Shown here one piece after another: positions 18,538 to 29,044 of a stretch of DNA of 64,000 nt (the first letter of the stretch is position 1; each line of letters starts with the position of its first letter). The notes under the pieces were generated by a model. The model saw only the letters and a list, made by a program, of their open reading frames with translations, made no database searches and was not told the DNA's origin. The translations under genes were made by a program, and so were the position numbers. Source of the stretch: Candidatus Bathyarchaeota archaeon (GTDB lineage: Archaea; Thermoproteota; Bathyarchaeia; Bathyarchaeales; Bathycorpusculaceae); NCBI GenBank assembly GCA_963715865.1, contig OY970280.1, forward strand, positions 768,001-832,000, read 5' to 3'.

Positions 18538-18849
18538 CTTCAGCGACATTGTCGAATGGTTATGTAGCTCCATTATCAGGAACCACCGCTACAAACTTCT
18601 CCTATTATGTCAATTACTATGACCCGAGTGGAGCGAGTCCTTCCTTGCCATACGTTATCATCGATAACACGCCTCATTCGATGACTGTCTACAGCGGTTC
18701 TGGCTCTAACGGTATCTACCGCTATTCAACAACTCTTTCCCTAGCTCCCATACATACTACTTCATGTTCACAAGCAGTTCATCAGGCCAAATAACGGCAC
18801 TAGGTTGGCCACTTCAGTTTTCAGGTCCAACCGTAACAGGGCCTGAGCC

Positions 18850-19095
18850 GTCCCCTAGTCCAACACCAACAGCCATGCCTACCCCGACGCCTTCGCCATC
18901 ACCTTCACCAACCGCTACGCCAACGCCAACTGATTCACCAACGCCCCAACCAACACAGAACCCAACACCCACACCTCAACAAGCTAATCCTATGACCACA
19001 CCCACCCCCACTAATTCACCTTCGCCCAGTCCTTCGCCATCGCCAACGCCTGAACCTACACCACCTCAAACAACAAGTCCTTTGCCTACCCCGAC
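18850..19095 (+). repeat. second Pro/Thr/Ser-rich linker
   Basis: [22 protein letters not shown]... Confidence 0.9.
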
Positions 19096-19318
19096 TGCTA
19101 TCATCAACCCAAACGAATTTTATGCAAGCAGCAGTACCTTTCCTCTATGGGCAGTAGCTGCCGCAGCCATTATTGGGGTCACATTATTGGCAACGTTTTT
19201 GATTGGGAAAAACCAACAGTCCACGGAATCGGCAGATGATTTTAATTACGAATAATGCCCTAACAATGCAGGATTTAGAAAATTATTAAAGCTAGATTTG
19301 ATTGCTAACTCGTATTAG

Positions 19319-20710
19319 GTGGAATGCGCTTTCAAGGCTCTTTCAGTAGCAAAATTCGGCGGCAGCCTCTTAGACGCAGAAGGCAAAGGAATCCCAAAAA
19401 TCATAAAACGAATAAAAGAAATCAACGAAAAAGACCGATTTGGTCCAATCGTTGTTTTTTCAGCGCCTACGGGCTGCACTGACGCGCTTATAGGGATAGG
19501 TGAATCCTATGCGCGGTCAACACCGCTTCCTCTGGAGCCTGTTTTTGAAGTTTATGGACGAATTGCGAAGGCTCACGTTAAAGGCAAATGGCATGAGCAA
19601 GCGGTAAATGAATTGGCTAATTACAAGGCGTTAACAAAGGCTACTCTTGACTCGGTTAATAAACGTTTCAGCGGCAACATTAAAGCAAGAATCCTCACTT
19701 TAGGTGGAGAACTCGCAATGTCCACCTTGGGAGATTACATTTTGAAAAGCCACGGCTTAGATTCCTGCTGCGTATCGCTGCAAGATTGGCCCATTGTAAC
19801 TGACGACAATTTTGAGGATGCCATGCCGAATTACGAGTTAAGCAAAAAAAGAATTCACACATTAATCGAACCGCTGGAAGACGGCAAAATAGTTTCTTTA
19901 GCAGGCTTCTTAGGGGTTACAGCTGATGGTCTTGAAACCATATTGGGAAGAGGCGGTTCGGATTTAACGGCAGTTTTCACTTCCTGCCTCTTGAAAGATC
20001 TGTACAATACTGAAACACTATTGTACAAAGATTTACCAGTACAAAGCGCTGACCCGAAAGTGGTGCGTGGACAGAAGACTGAGTATGTTAAAGCGCTTAC
20101 TTATAATGAGGCTCATAAAGCTTCAATGATGGGTATGAAAATAGTGCAGAGCCCTGCAATAGCCATGGCCAGACGCTTCATGCAACCCTTGATGGTGGTG
20201 CCAATCGACGAGCCTGAAATGTACTCGGTAATTGAGTCTGAAACAAGCGGAGGAGAAATAGTGAAATGCTTAACAGGCAAATCCGGCTGCGCAATTCTAT
20301 CAATGAATGACGAGAAAAGCAGGTCACTGGAAGATTCCTTGAGAATATGGGAAAGAAGAAACGACTTCATGGATTTAGGCGCCGAAACTATGGAGACAGG
20401 TGAAAGGATCCGCGATTTCCTCTTCTTAGACTCAGACTTCTTAAAGAAAAACGAGGAAAAACTAAAGGGCTTTGACGAAAACATGAAGGTAGAATACGGC
20501 TTAGGCGTAGTCACCCTCATCGGCGACAGAATGAAGGATTCGCCAGGCGTAGCTTCATTAGCCATCAGCGCAATATCAGGCATTAACATTAAACGCGGCA
20601 TCTTTGCTCCTCACACCTCACAAATAATACTTGTGGTTGAAGAAAAGAATGTTAACGCAACCGTTGCAGCCATCCACCTAAAGAAACAAGAAATGAACAA
20701 GATACACTAA
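19319..20710 (+). CDS. lysC: aspartate kinase with C-terminal ACT-like domain
   Basis: AKFGGS, GGELAMS, AGFLG, LGRGGSDLTA, SADPK, LTYNEA, VTLIG..MKDSPGVA. Confidence 0.82.
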   Translation: MECAFKALSVAKFGGSLLDAEGKGIPKIIKRIKEINEKDRFGPIVVFSAPTGCTDALIGIGESYARSTPLPLEPVFEVYGRIAKAHVKGKWHEQAVNELANYKALTKATLDSVNKRFSGNIKARILTLGGELAMSTLGDYILKSHGLDSCCVSLQDWPIVTDDNFEDAMPNYELSKKRIHTLIEPLEDGKIVSLAGFLGVTADGLETILGRGGSDLTAVFTSCLLKDLYNTETLLYKDLPVQSADPKVVRGQKTEYVKALTYNEAHKASMMGMKIVQSPAIAMARRFMQPLMVVPIDEPEMYSVIESETSGGEIVKCLTGKSGCAILSMNDEKSRSLEDSLRIWERRNDFMDLGAETMETGERIRDFLFLDSDFLKKNEEKLKGFDENMKVEYGLGVVTLIGDRMKDSPGVASLAISAISGINIKRGIFAPHTSQIILVVEEKNVNATVAAIHLKKQEMNKIH

Positions 20711-21195
20711 CCACAAGTTCATTTTGCCTTCAAATAAGTGGAGCCATATTTTTTCACGCGCTATTTTCTAAACGTCAAGGAAGCAACAGAAAGGAAAAAT
20801 GTTTAACTTTTTAGGTAACTATTCAATTTCGAAGAGTTTTTTATCGATTTTATAACCCAATAACATCCAATTAACATCAAAACACCCTTTTTACTCCTCA
20901 TCAAACATTAAAAAGTCATCATCCAACCAGCTTGCGTTTCTTAACACCAACAGCAATCGCATGGAACAGCGCACGACCGCAGTTGACTAGTGAACCTAGC
21001 GTATTGTATAGATAAAAACGGTTGTTGAAATAGAAAAAAAGAGTTTTCTTCTAGAGAATATTATTTATATATCCATTATGTAAACACTGTTTAAGCAAGT
21101 GCTCTGGGGAGAGAGCGAGGCCAAAGGGAGAAGGTGTAACCAGCATATCAACTAAGGTTCTTATCCGCTCCTGTCAGGGAGGGAATTGAATAGAG

Positions 21196-21582
21196 ATGGT
21201 TATGGACCAAAAAGCATTAGTTGACGAACTTAAAACAGAATGGAAAAAACTCTGGCAAGAAAGAGTCGATGACAAAGTCCGGGCCGAAGGCATAGCCATC
21301 CACGACTATTCAATGCTATATGTTGATGGAGGAACAATCATCCATGCAACAAGAGACTACAAAGGATTAAACTTCAAAGACATCTTACAACAACACCAAA
21401 TAGAAAACGCCGAAAGATACATTCCTCCAAGCCAGGCAGTCGGAGGATGGAATAAATTTGTCAAAACTCAAATCACAAAACAGCAGCCCCACAAAAAGAA
21501 GCGCGCTGAGGTTTACCTCGCTGAGAAAACTGAAAAGAGACGGCAGCCTAAAAAAGGCGGCAGAGGCTGGCTCCACAAATAG
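21196..21582 (+). CDS. hypothetical protein, paralogue A of 54475..54963
   Basis: LVDELKTEWKKLWQERVDDKVRAEG...GTIIHATRD...VGGWNKFVKT...QPKKGGRGWLH. Confidence 0.8.
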   Translation: MVMDQKALVDELKTEWKKLWQERVDDKVRAEGIAIHDYSMLYVDGGTIIHATRDYKGLNFKDILQQHQIENAERYIPPSQAVGGWNKFVKTQITKQQPHKKKRAEVYLAEKTEKRRQPKKGGRGWLHK

Positions 21583-21671
21583 TTTTTTTTCAATAGCTAA
21601 CTAAAAATTAACCATCAACATTCGCAACCATTTCAATATTCACGTTATTTGAAGTTATTGAGGAATTCATC

Positions 21672-21971
21672 TTGGCCAATTATAGGCGAAAACTAGACAT
21701 AATAGCTGATATACTTCAAGTTGCCAGTTCAGATGCCAAAAAAACGCATATAATGTTCAAAGCCAACTTGAGCTATAAAGTCTTAACCAGATACTTATCT
21801 GAAACTCTCGAAGCATCACTAATAAGCTTTGAGCATGAAAGGCAATGTTACGTATTGACCCCTAAAGGCGTCGATTTCCTAGCGACGTACAAATCATATA
21901 GCCGTAGCAGCAAACATGTTAAAGACACAAAGATGTTCTTGGAGAACCTTTGCCAAACAAAGGATTTGTGA
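21672..21971 (+). CDS. winged-HTH transcriptional regulator (COG3432/HTH_45)
   Basis: RRKLDIIADIL...KKTHIMFKANLSY..L..YL...Y.LT.KG. Confidence 0.85.
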   Translation: MANYRRKLDIIADILQVASSDAKKTHIMFKANLSYKVLTRYLSETLEASLISFEHERQCYVLTPKGVDFLATYKSYSRSSKHVKDTKMFLENLCQTKDL

Positions 21972-22033
21972 GCAAGCAAAAAAGTGTTTTCTTGGAAAAT
22001 GGAGAATTTTCCAATCAAGCTTAGATTGAAGGA

Positions 22034-22783
22034 ATGTCTTTAATGCAAGATCCAAACTTAAAATATCAGTCTATAAGTGTAATTGTTCCTGCTCATAACG
22101 AAGAGGCAACTATTGCAGAAACAATCATCCGACTTTCTAGATTACAAAAAGAGTTACCAGACATGGAAATAATCGTTGTTGATGATGGATCAACAGATAA
22201 TACCCAACAAAAAGTGCAATCCTTTAGCAACGTCATCTACATTAGGCATGCTAAAAACGAAGGTAAAGGCGCAGCTTTGGCTACAGGCATCAAAGCCTCA
22301 TCGGGAGAAGTCATCGTAGTTCAAGACGCAGATTTAGAATATTTTCCAGAAAAAATCCCAGAGCTTGTAAAACCAATTCTCGCTCAAGAGGCTGATGTCA
22401 TTTATGGAACCCGTGTTTCAAAAGGAATCCCAGAAGGAATGAGCTCTTCTCACTATGTTGGCAATAGGCTCCTTTCTCTTGCTACAACTATGATGTACGG
22501 TGTTAAACTTACCGATGTCATGACTGGATATAAGGCTTTTAGACGAAAAGTCGTTAACCCTTGCGGATTAGAAAGTAAAGGCTTTGATGTAGAAGTAGAG
22601 TTGACTGTCTTAGCTTTGTGTAATGGCTGGAGGTTTAAAGAAATTCCACTAGAATATCGCTACCGTCAAAGAGGTACTTCAAAGATTCGCTTCAAAGACG
22701 GCTTCACATGTTTACGGCAACTTTTTTTGGGGCGGTTTGAATACTCATACTTGTCATTTGTTGAAAACTTGACGAAAAAATAA
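22034..22783 (+). CDS. GT2 glycosyltransferase, DPM1/polyprenol-phosphate-sugar synthase-like
   Basis: VPAHNEE, VDDGSTDNT, GKGAAL, QDADLEY, LTDVMTGYKAF, GFDVEVE. Confidence 0.9.
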   Translation: MSLMQDPNLKYQSISVIVPAHNEEATIAETIIRLSRLQKELPDMEIIVVDDGSTDNTQQKVQSFSNVIYIRHAKNEGKGAALATGIKASSGEVIVVQDADLEYFPEKIPELVKPILAQEADVIYGTRVSKGIPEGMSSSHYVGNRLLSLATTMMYGVKLTDVMTGYKAFRRKVVNPCGLESKGFDVEVELTVLALCNGWRFKEIPLEYRYRQRGTSKIRFKDGFTCLRQLFLGRFEYSYLSFVENLTKK

Positions 22784-22793
22784 TGGTTTTAGC

Positions 22794-22815
22794 TTGATTA
22801 ATACGTATTACTAAA
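22794..22815. promoter_or_regulatory. 22-bp motif copy 1 (palindromic core TAATACGTATTA)
   Basis: TTGATTAATACGTATTACTAAA; 21/22 identical to 33500..33521; intergenic, 65 nt before ATG 22881. Confidence 0.6.
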
Positions 22816-22880
22816 GCTGAGTGTTTTTTAAATAAAATAAATTCTTTTAATATCAAATCCATTTTCAAACAAATAACAAA

Positions 22881-23018
22881 ATGGTCTACACATCTAAAGT
22901 GGTACTCGCCATAGGAGCTCACCCCTATGACATAGAATCAGGCTGCCGAGGAACACTATGCCAAGTAGCTAAAAACGGCGCCAAAATCATGGTTCAACTT
23001 TTTTCAAGCCTTTTCTAA
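22881..23018 (+). pseudogene. 5' relic of a PIG-L/LmbE-family deacetylase
   Basis: MVYTSKVVLAIGAHPYDIESGCRGTL... versus family consensus VLAIGAHPDDIE.GCGGTL; stops after 45 aa. Confidence 0.75.
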
Positions 23019-23140
23019 GCAGGTTTGCCTTGATACGCAAACGATGATACTATTACAAAAGACTTTTCTATCAGCCTCACCTGACGCCGAATATGCAATC
23101 TATTCCTTGATAAAAACTAAGCATGCGGAATGAAGCATAA

Positions 23141-24346
23141 ATGAAGGTCCTCTTCTTAGGTGCTGCACATCAATTCTCTTGGCCAGGAGGGGAGGCAAAT
23201 GTTGCTAGGATATTACGCTCCGCGCTCTCGGAACGAGGCATGGATATCCATGCTGCCTCCTTATCCCGCTCAGCAACAAATCAGAAGTTCCCTCACCTGT
23301 CGTCAGCCACACCTATGTCAGTAGTAGACCCAGGAATTGTTAATCTGTACCGACGATACATACAAAAAACCAAGCCTAACGTAGTCCTCACATGCTACGA
23401 TTATGACCTTTCAGCGTTCTGGGCAAGTGTACTTTCTGGAACTCCAACGATCGCTCAAACCTTGAGCCCATGGCCTGTATGCCCAAAAGATGACCTATTC
23501 ATCTCAACCAAGCAAACTCGTTGTGAAGGCCCAAACTTGATCTGCGGACAATGCCTAGCTCGAATATCAGAAAACCAAAGAATGAAATCGCTTTCCACCT
23601 CTTCAGTTGGGCAAGTACCTTTGTCGGTTCTTTCAGTTATGAAAATTAACAAAGTCAGACGCATGATATCTAAGCTGAACTGTGCTTCAGCCATAGTCGC
23701 GGATAATCTGTTTCTAAAAAACAAAATGGTACAAATCGGTTATGACCCACAAAAAGTCCACATGATTTATAACGGCGTAAATGCGAACAAGAGCAAATCA
23801 GCAACAGATGCGCACAAACCAAAAACAGTTCTGTTCCTAGCTTATCAACCCACCGAACACAGACGAACACTAAAAGGTTGCCATCATTTTGTTCAACTTG
23901 CAAGAAACCTAAAGCCCGAATTTCGAGACGTACAGTTTCTATGGGTAGGTCGGGAAGGAACTCAAACAAATGACAGCTTTGACACTATAAGTTACATTTG
24001 GAAAGACCAAGAGCTTCAAGAAACCTACGAATCATGCTACATATTCCTCTTACCATCCCTGTGGCCGGAAACAATGAGCTATGCCGCTCAAGAAGCAATG
24101 GCTCACGGAAAACCCGTGGTAGCATACGACACAGGAGCAAACAAAGAAGCAATAATCCACAATGAAACCGGCATGCTGGCAGAATGGGGAAACATCGCCC
24201 AATTAACATCTCACGTCAGAACATTACTACTTGATGAGAAAGCAGCCAAACGCATTGGAAACAACGCCAGAAAACTAGCACAGGCAAAGTTTAGCATAGA
24301 GCAAATGGCAAATAACTATGAAAAACTGATAGAAGAAATCGCATAA
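23141..24346 (+). CDS. GT4 glycosyltransferase
   Basis: IYNGV, LLPSLWPETMSYAAQEAMAHGKPVV. Confidence 0.9.
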   Translation: MKVLFLGAAHQFSWPGGEANVARILRSALSERGMDIHAASLSRSATNQKFPHLSSATPMSVVDPGIVNLYRRYIQKTKPNVVLTCYDYDLSAFWASVLSGTPTIAQTLSPWPVCPKDDLFISTKQTRCEGPNLICGQCLARISENQRMKSLSTSSVGQVPLSVLSVMKINKVRRMISKLNCASAIVADNLFLKNKMVQIGYDPQKVHMIYNGVNANKSKSATDAHKPKTVLFLAYQPTEHRRTLKGCHHFVQLARNLKPEFRDVQFLWVGREGTQTNDSFDTISYIWKDQELQETYESCYIFLLPSLWPETMSYAAQEAMAHGKPVVAYDTGANKEAIIHNETGMLAEWGNIAQLTSHVRTLLLDEKAAKRIGNNARKLAQAKFSIEQMANNYEKLIEEIA

Positions 24347-24357
24347 ACACCTTTGAG

Positions 24358-25518
24358 GTGGTTAAGATTTTGAACACAATTCCTTTGTATAAACCTCAAA
24401 ACGCATTAGGCAACGAAGAAATAGACGCAGTTAGAGAAGTCCTCAAATCAGGATGGCTAACCCTAGGTCCAAAAACAATCCAGTTTGAAATAGCCTTCGC
24501 AAAATATATAAAAGTAAAATACGGCGTTGCCACGAACTCGTGCACGTCTGCTATGTACTTGGCTCTAGACGGTTTGGGAATAGGCAAAGGTGATTCCGTT
24601 GTCGTTCCAGTCAACACTTTTGTTGCTACAGCAAACGTTGTTCGATGGCGTGGAGCCGAACCTGTTTTCTGTGACGCAGGCGAAGACGGAGAAATTGACC
24701 CAGTTAAGTTGGCGAATATTCTTGAAACGAATGAAAACGTCAAATGTGTGATACCTGCACATATTTACGGTTTCCCCTGCAACATGAAAGTCATCAGTCG
24801 ATTGACCAAGAAACATGGCGTGAGAATGATCGAGGACTGTGCGCAAGCCCATGGTGCGACATTCGGAGACAAAAAAGTTGGCAGCTTCGGCGACGCTGGA
24901 TGTTTCAGCTTCTACGCAACAAAAAACATAACAACAGGCGAAGGCGGAATACTCGTAACAAGCAACAAAAACGTGCAAAAAAGAGCCTTATTTGTGAGAA
25001 ACCACTGTCAAACCAAAACCCCAACTGAAAAGGCCGCTGACTGGCACTATGACGTTACCGATCTTGGCTTTAACTTCCGAATGAGCGAAATCGAAGCTGC
25101 GATAGGACTTACACAAATGAAGAAACTTGACCTCATCACAAAATATAGGAGGGAACTTGCAGGGAAGTACAAGAAAGCACTGGAAGAGATCGAAGGTATC
25201 AAGATGCTCCATGACCCTGGCGATAGTCTATGCCACGGCGTTTTTCATTTGCTGGAAGTAAAGGTTGAAAAACCATACCCATTAACTAGAGACGAACTGT
25301 ACAGCCATTTACGAAAAAGAGGCATAATCACCGGAGTGCACTATATTCCTCTGCACAACTTTTCTTATTACAGAAGAACCACAAAATACAAGAAGGGAGA
25401 TTTCCCATGCGCCGAAGCATTATTCTCAAAAATTTTGTCACTTCCAATGTTTCCGTTCATGACAGAACAGGAATTTCAAACCATAATCGAAGCCCTAAAG
25501 GCAAAGGCACTCAAATAG
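24358..25518 (+). CDS. DegT/DnrJ/EryC1/StrS PLP aminotransferase, ArnB/PseC/Per-like (probable 4-aminotransferase)
   Basis: SGWLTLGPKT, NSCTSA, EDCAQAHGA, FSFYATKNITTGEGG, GFNFRMSE. Confidence 0.9.
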   Translation: MVKILNTIPLYKPQNALGNEEIDAVREVLKSGWLTLGPKTIQFEIAFAKYIKVKYGVATNSCTSAMYLALDGLGIGKGDSVVVPVNTFVATANVVRWRGAEPVFCDAGEDGEIDPVKLANILETNENVKCVIPAHIYGFPCNMKVISRLTKKHGVRMIEDCAQAHGATFGDKKVGSFGDAGCFSFYATKNITTGEGGILVTSNKNVQKRALFVRNHCQTKTPTEKAADWHYDVTDLGFNFRMSEIEAAIGLTQMKKLDLITKYRRELAGKYKKALEEIEGIKMLHDPGDSLCHGVFHLLEVKVEKPYPLTRDELYSHLRKRGIITGVHYIPLHNFSYYRRTTKYKKGDFPCAEALFSKILSLPMFPFMTEQEFQTIIEALKAKALK

Positions 25519-25577
25519 TTGCCACCGCATAGTGGAGAATTTGCTAAAATAAAAAGCCATAACCTTGTCTGAAATTA

Positions 25578-26693
25578 GTGAAATTAATGGAAAATACAAT
25601 AAATTATGTAGGTTGGGCAACTCCCAACAACAACTTGGGCGATGAGGCACTATACAGAATTAATCAAGACATTTTTGCCAAATACAATTTTAAGCTGCGT
25701 CGAATAACTGATCCGCGCAGGCAGAAACATAGTCAGACATCGCTTGTCAGTGGAGGTACCTGCCTACCTTTAATTGCTATGTATATGCGACCTACAAAAT
25801 ACGCATACGTTTTTGGCACAGGTGTCTTAGACCCATTGTTTTACGGTCCGTTTGATCCAGAGTTAATCGACAGATTCAAGTTACTCCATTTTAGGTTTAT
25901 CGGCGTAAGAGGCAATATTTCAAGAGCACGCTTGAGAGGCTGGGGAATAGATTCCGAAGTGATAGGCGATCCAGGCTTATCCCTAAAACCTACAAAAGTC
26001 TCAGAAAAGTGCAACAACAAAATTGCTATAAACATCGGCGCAGGCGATCCCAAATTCTCTTGGAAAGCCCAAGATAGAGTGATCACAGAGTTGAGCAAAG
26101 TCTGCAAGGTCTTGAAAGCTGAAGGCTACGAACTGGTTCTCATTCCATTCTGGAAAAACAACATGGAGGATGTCGAAAATCTTTCCAAACTGGTAGATGC
26201 CGGCATCTTTGAAAAATGGGTAGATGCCGAAGCGACCATGAATCTGATTTCAACCTGTAAAATATTTATCGGCGAGAAACTGCATTCTCTGGTTTTTAGC
26301 GCTGCCGCAAACACACCCTTTATCGGACTCGCCTATTCACCAGAACACTTCGATTTTGCAGACAGCGTGGGCTTTTCAGAATTCACCATGCCTACCACTG
26401 AAATCACAGCTGAAAAGATAATTGCAATGTTCCATGACCTCATCAACAACTACGAGACAATACAAGACAAGTTAGCGGGGCGCGTCAACGAATATCGCGA
26501 AAAGCAGCGCAAATTTGCAGCCAGAATAAGCTCAGATTTAGAATCTCTCCCAGAAGATAAATGGGCCATTCAAAACAACTTTGGAAACACGCTACTGCTG
26601 CGAGCAGACAAGCAATTTTACACAAAAACGGGCAAAATATGGAATGTTTGGAATAGGGCTGTTTTCTCGCAACTAATGCCTTACCTGATTTAA
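25578..26693 (+). CDS. polysaccharide pyruvyl transferase family protein
   Basis: NNLGDEAL, SGGT, IGVRG..S, GDPGL, EKLHSLVFSAA. Confidence 0.8.
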   Translation: MKLMENTINYVGWATPNNNLGDEALYRINQDIFAKYNFKLRRITDPRRQKHSQTSLVSGGTCLPLIAMYMRPTKYAYVFGTGVLDPLFYGPFDPELIDRFKLLHFRFIGVRGNISRARLRGWGIDSEVIGDPGLSLKPTKVSEKCNNKIAINIGAGDPKFSWKAQDRVITELSKVCKVLKAEGYELVLIPFWKNNMEDVENLSKLVDAGIFEKWVDAEATMNLISTCKIFIGEKLHSLVFSAAANTPFIGLAYSPEHFDFADSVGFSEFTMPTTEITAEKIIAMFHDLINNYETIQDKLAGRVNEYREKQRKFAARISSDLESLPEDKWAIQNNFGNTLLLRADKQFYTKTGKIWNVWNRAVFSQLMPYLI

Positions 26694-26710
26694 AAACGAA
26701 TTAAGAAATA

Positions 26711-28000
26711 TTGCATATGGTAAGCATGAAAACAACAAATATGTTGTATATGCCGATGAGCCACTATGAAGAGGACGGTAAGATGAAAAATCTGCTGATT
26801 ATAACTGCGGATACGGATGATTACAACAAAAACGTGGGCGATTACGGTCGTTACCCCTATATGGTAAAACACTTCAGTAACAGATATCGTATCCAAATAC
26901 TGAATTATTATGCTACTCAGGGGCATGAGCGCATAACTAAAAAGCTCTTGCATCCAACCAAAGAAAATGAAGAAGGAACACCAATCAAAACATTAGGCGT
27001 CAAGCTGCTATTTGAAGTTCTTCCTCTCAAATCTCAAATGTTTGATCGATACCTTTCTCCTTTATTTTTTACGTTTTTACAACCGTTCTTTGTTGTTTTG
27101 ATAGCTTTTAAGCGCTTAGGTAAGAATGACATTTGTATTGCAGGGGGATTGTGGGGAGGAATAATTGGATATGCTTTAAAATGTTTAGGTAAAACAGACT
27201 GTCTGGTTTATGAGGATTTGGACCTTTTTCCTTATTTTTGGGATAACAAGTTATTCCAAATTACGCTGTATGCTATTGAGAAATTTGTGGTGAAAAAAGC
27301 CGATTTAGTGGTAAGTGTAAGTGATGCGTTAGCAGAATTAAGAAGGCTTCAAGGTGCTAAGAACGTAATAGTTGTACCAAATGGCGTAGATTACAATTTA
27401 TTCAGCAAAGGGCAGAGCAAAAAAGAGCATGTTCCAACCTTGGTGTATGTGGGTGGTCTAGTAAATTATCAAGGGGTTGATTTGCCGATAAGGTGCTTGC
27501 CAGAACTAGCTAAAGCCTTTCCTAATATTAGATTTCTTATTTTAGGTACAGGTCCATTTGAGAATGAGCTTAGAGTATTAATTAAAAATCTTGAACTTGA
27601 ACGGGCTGTCTTCCTTTTAGGCGGGCAAAAACATGAGAAACTACCAGATTATTTTTCCGAATCAGATATTGCAGTAGCAACAGCCAAACCGAGAATTTTA
27701 ACTCGATATTCCGCGCCTTATAAGATTCCGGAGTATATGGCAGCAGGCTTACCCATTATAACAACCAAGATGGACGAACGACAAGAATTGCAAAATAAAT
27801 TAAAAGGAATTATTTCAATTAACTTGCGGGAAAGAGATTTCAAAGATGTTGTCTTGAATCTTTTTTCAGACGCTGAACTTTATAGAGAATTATCTGAAAA
27901 GGCTATAAGAACTGCAAAAGAATCTGATTGGACTGATTGTTTCAAGATTGAATTTGATGAAATAGAAAAAACCTTTGAAAAAAAGACTCTTGAGAAATGA
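26711..28000 (+). CDS. GT4 glycosyltransferase (probable start ATG 26783)
   Basis: VPNGVD, LVYVGGLVNYQG, PYKIPEYMAAGLPII. Confidence 0.88.
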   Translation: MHMVSMKTTNMLYMPMSHYEEDGKMKNLLIITADTDDYNKNVGDYGRYPYMVKHFSNRYRIQILNYYATQGHERITKKLLHPTKENEEGTPIKTLGVKLLFEVLPLKSQMFDRYLSPLFFTFLQPFFVVLIAFKRLGKNDICIAGGLWGGIIGYALKCLGKTDCLVYEDLDLFPYFWDNKLFQITLYAIEKFVVKKADLVVSVSDALAELRRLQGAKNVIVVPNGVDYNLFSKGQSKKEHVPTLVYVGGLVNYQGVDLPIRCLPELAKAFPNIRFLILGTGPFENELRVLIKNLELERAVFLLGGQKHEKLPDYFSESDIAVATAKPRILTRYSAPYKIPEYMAAGLPIITTKMDERQELQNKLKGIISINLRERDFKDVVLNLFSDAELYRELSEKAIRTAKESDWTDCFKIEFDEIEKTFEKKTLEK

Positions 28001-28201
28001 TTGGTTTTTTATGGTATTAATAGAGCCTTCAATAATTAAGGTATTAGATTTGGAAAACATCCACGGGTATTCTGAAATCTTGGTTTAATTAATAAATGAA
28101 TTGTGTCATTGATTTTACTATTGAAGAGTATGAGGCTGCTCTTCCCGAGATTTTTCTTACTTTACAACAAACTTGGCTTTTGTCAGCCCTAGGCGGAGAA
28201 A

Positions 28202-29029
28202 ATGAACGCACGAACAGAAAATCCATACATTAAAATGCTTAGAATGGTTTCTTTTGATATACGCAATTTTGATCCTTTTCTCCTTACCACTTATTTTGAT
28301 CTGCTACGCGGTTCAATACGCACTAGAGTTTCCAAGGAAGCCAATTTCTCATCAGAAAGATTCTTTTGGACTCGTTTTTTTCATGAGCGGAAAAAAAGGT
28401 TTGGTTATGTGATGAGATGTAAATCAGCTTCTGTTTGTTCTCCAACTACGGAAGCTATCCTCTCAGCGTTAGCAAAGCTTGAAAAATCTTTTCCAGCTCC
28501 ACTCTTGCTTATTGATGTGGGTGCTGGTCCATTTTCAGCCTTTAATATTGACAGTCTGGTCAATCGAAGCGATTTGAAAATAGTGACTGTTGATCCGTTA
28601 GCAGATTTTTATAAGGAGTTGCATAGAAAATTCCAAACGAACTATGCTTCGAATCTTGTAAAGGGTTATGGGGAGGCCTTAGATGAGCATTTTGAAAAAG
28701 ACCGCTTTCATCTAGCCATCACTGAAAATGCACTTGATCATGCGATGAACCCTAAGCTTTTCATAAGAAAATTATTCGACATCGTTAAACCTGGAGGCTA
28801 CTTGATACTAACTGGATATGTTAATAATGGCTCGATTGAAAAGTGGCAAGGGTTGCACAAATGGGATATTGAAGTGATGAACGGAGAATTGATTCTTTCG
28901 AATCAATCTAAGACAACTTATGAGAATATTTTTTCTGGCCTTAATGTTTCTCCCATCAAGAGAATCATAAAGAAAGGGGACATTGACACATATTATTTTA
29001 CTTATGTTAAGAACGATAATACCAAATAA
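28202..29029 (+). CDS. class I SAM-dependent methyltransferase
   Basis: LIDVGAGP, NALDH, VKPGGYL. Confidence 0.82.
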   Translation: MNARTENPYIKMLRMVSFDIRNFDPFLLTTYFDLLRGSIRTRVSKEANFSSERFFWTRFFHERKKRFGYVMRCKSASVCSPTTEAILSALAKLEKSFPAPLLLIDVGAGPFSAFNIDSLVNRSDLKIVTVDPLADFYKELHRKFQTNYASNLVKGYGEALDEHFEKDRFHLAITENALDHAMNPKLFIRKLFDIVKPGGYLILTGYVNNGSIEKWQGLHKWDIEVMNGELILSNQSKTTYENIFSGLNVSPIKRIIKKGDIDTYYFTYVKNDNTK

Positions 29030-29044
29030 AACAATCAAATTCGA

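Larger units (their letters stand above)
17955..19255 (+). pseudogene. Pro/Thr-repeat cell-surface protein split by a 1-nt frameshift near 18744
   Basis: N-terminal signal/TM, PT repeat and [10 protein letters not shown]...YRYSTTLSL in frame 17955; continuation [11 protein letters not shown], a second PT repeat and a C-terminal TM anchor in frame 18764. Confidence 0.75.

Noticed and set aside
18101-18567. Antisense (GV)n ORF 18101..18523 and Gln/Leu/His-rich ORF 18196..18567
   Set aside because: Shadow frames of the PT repeat.
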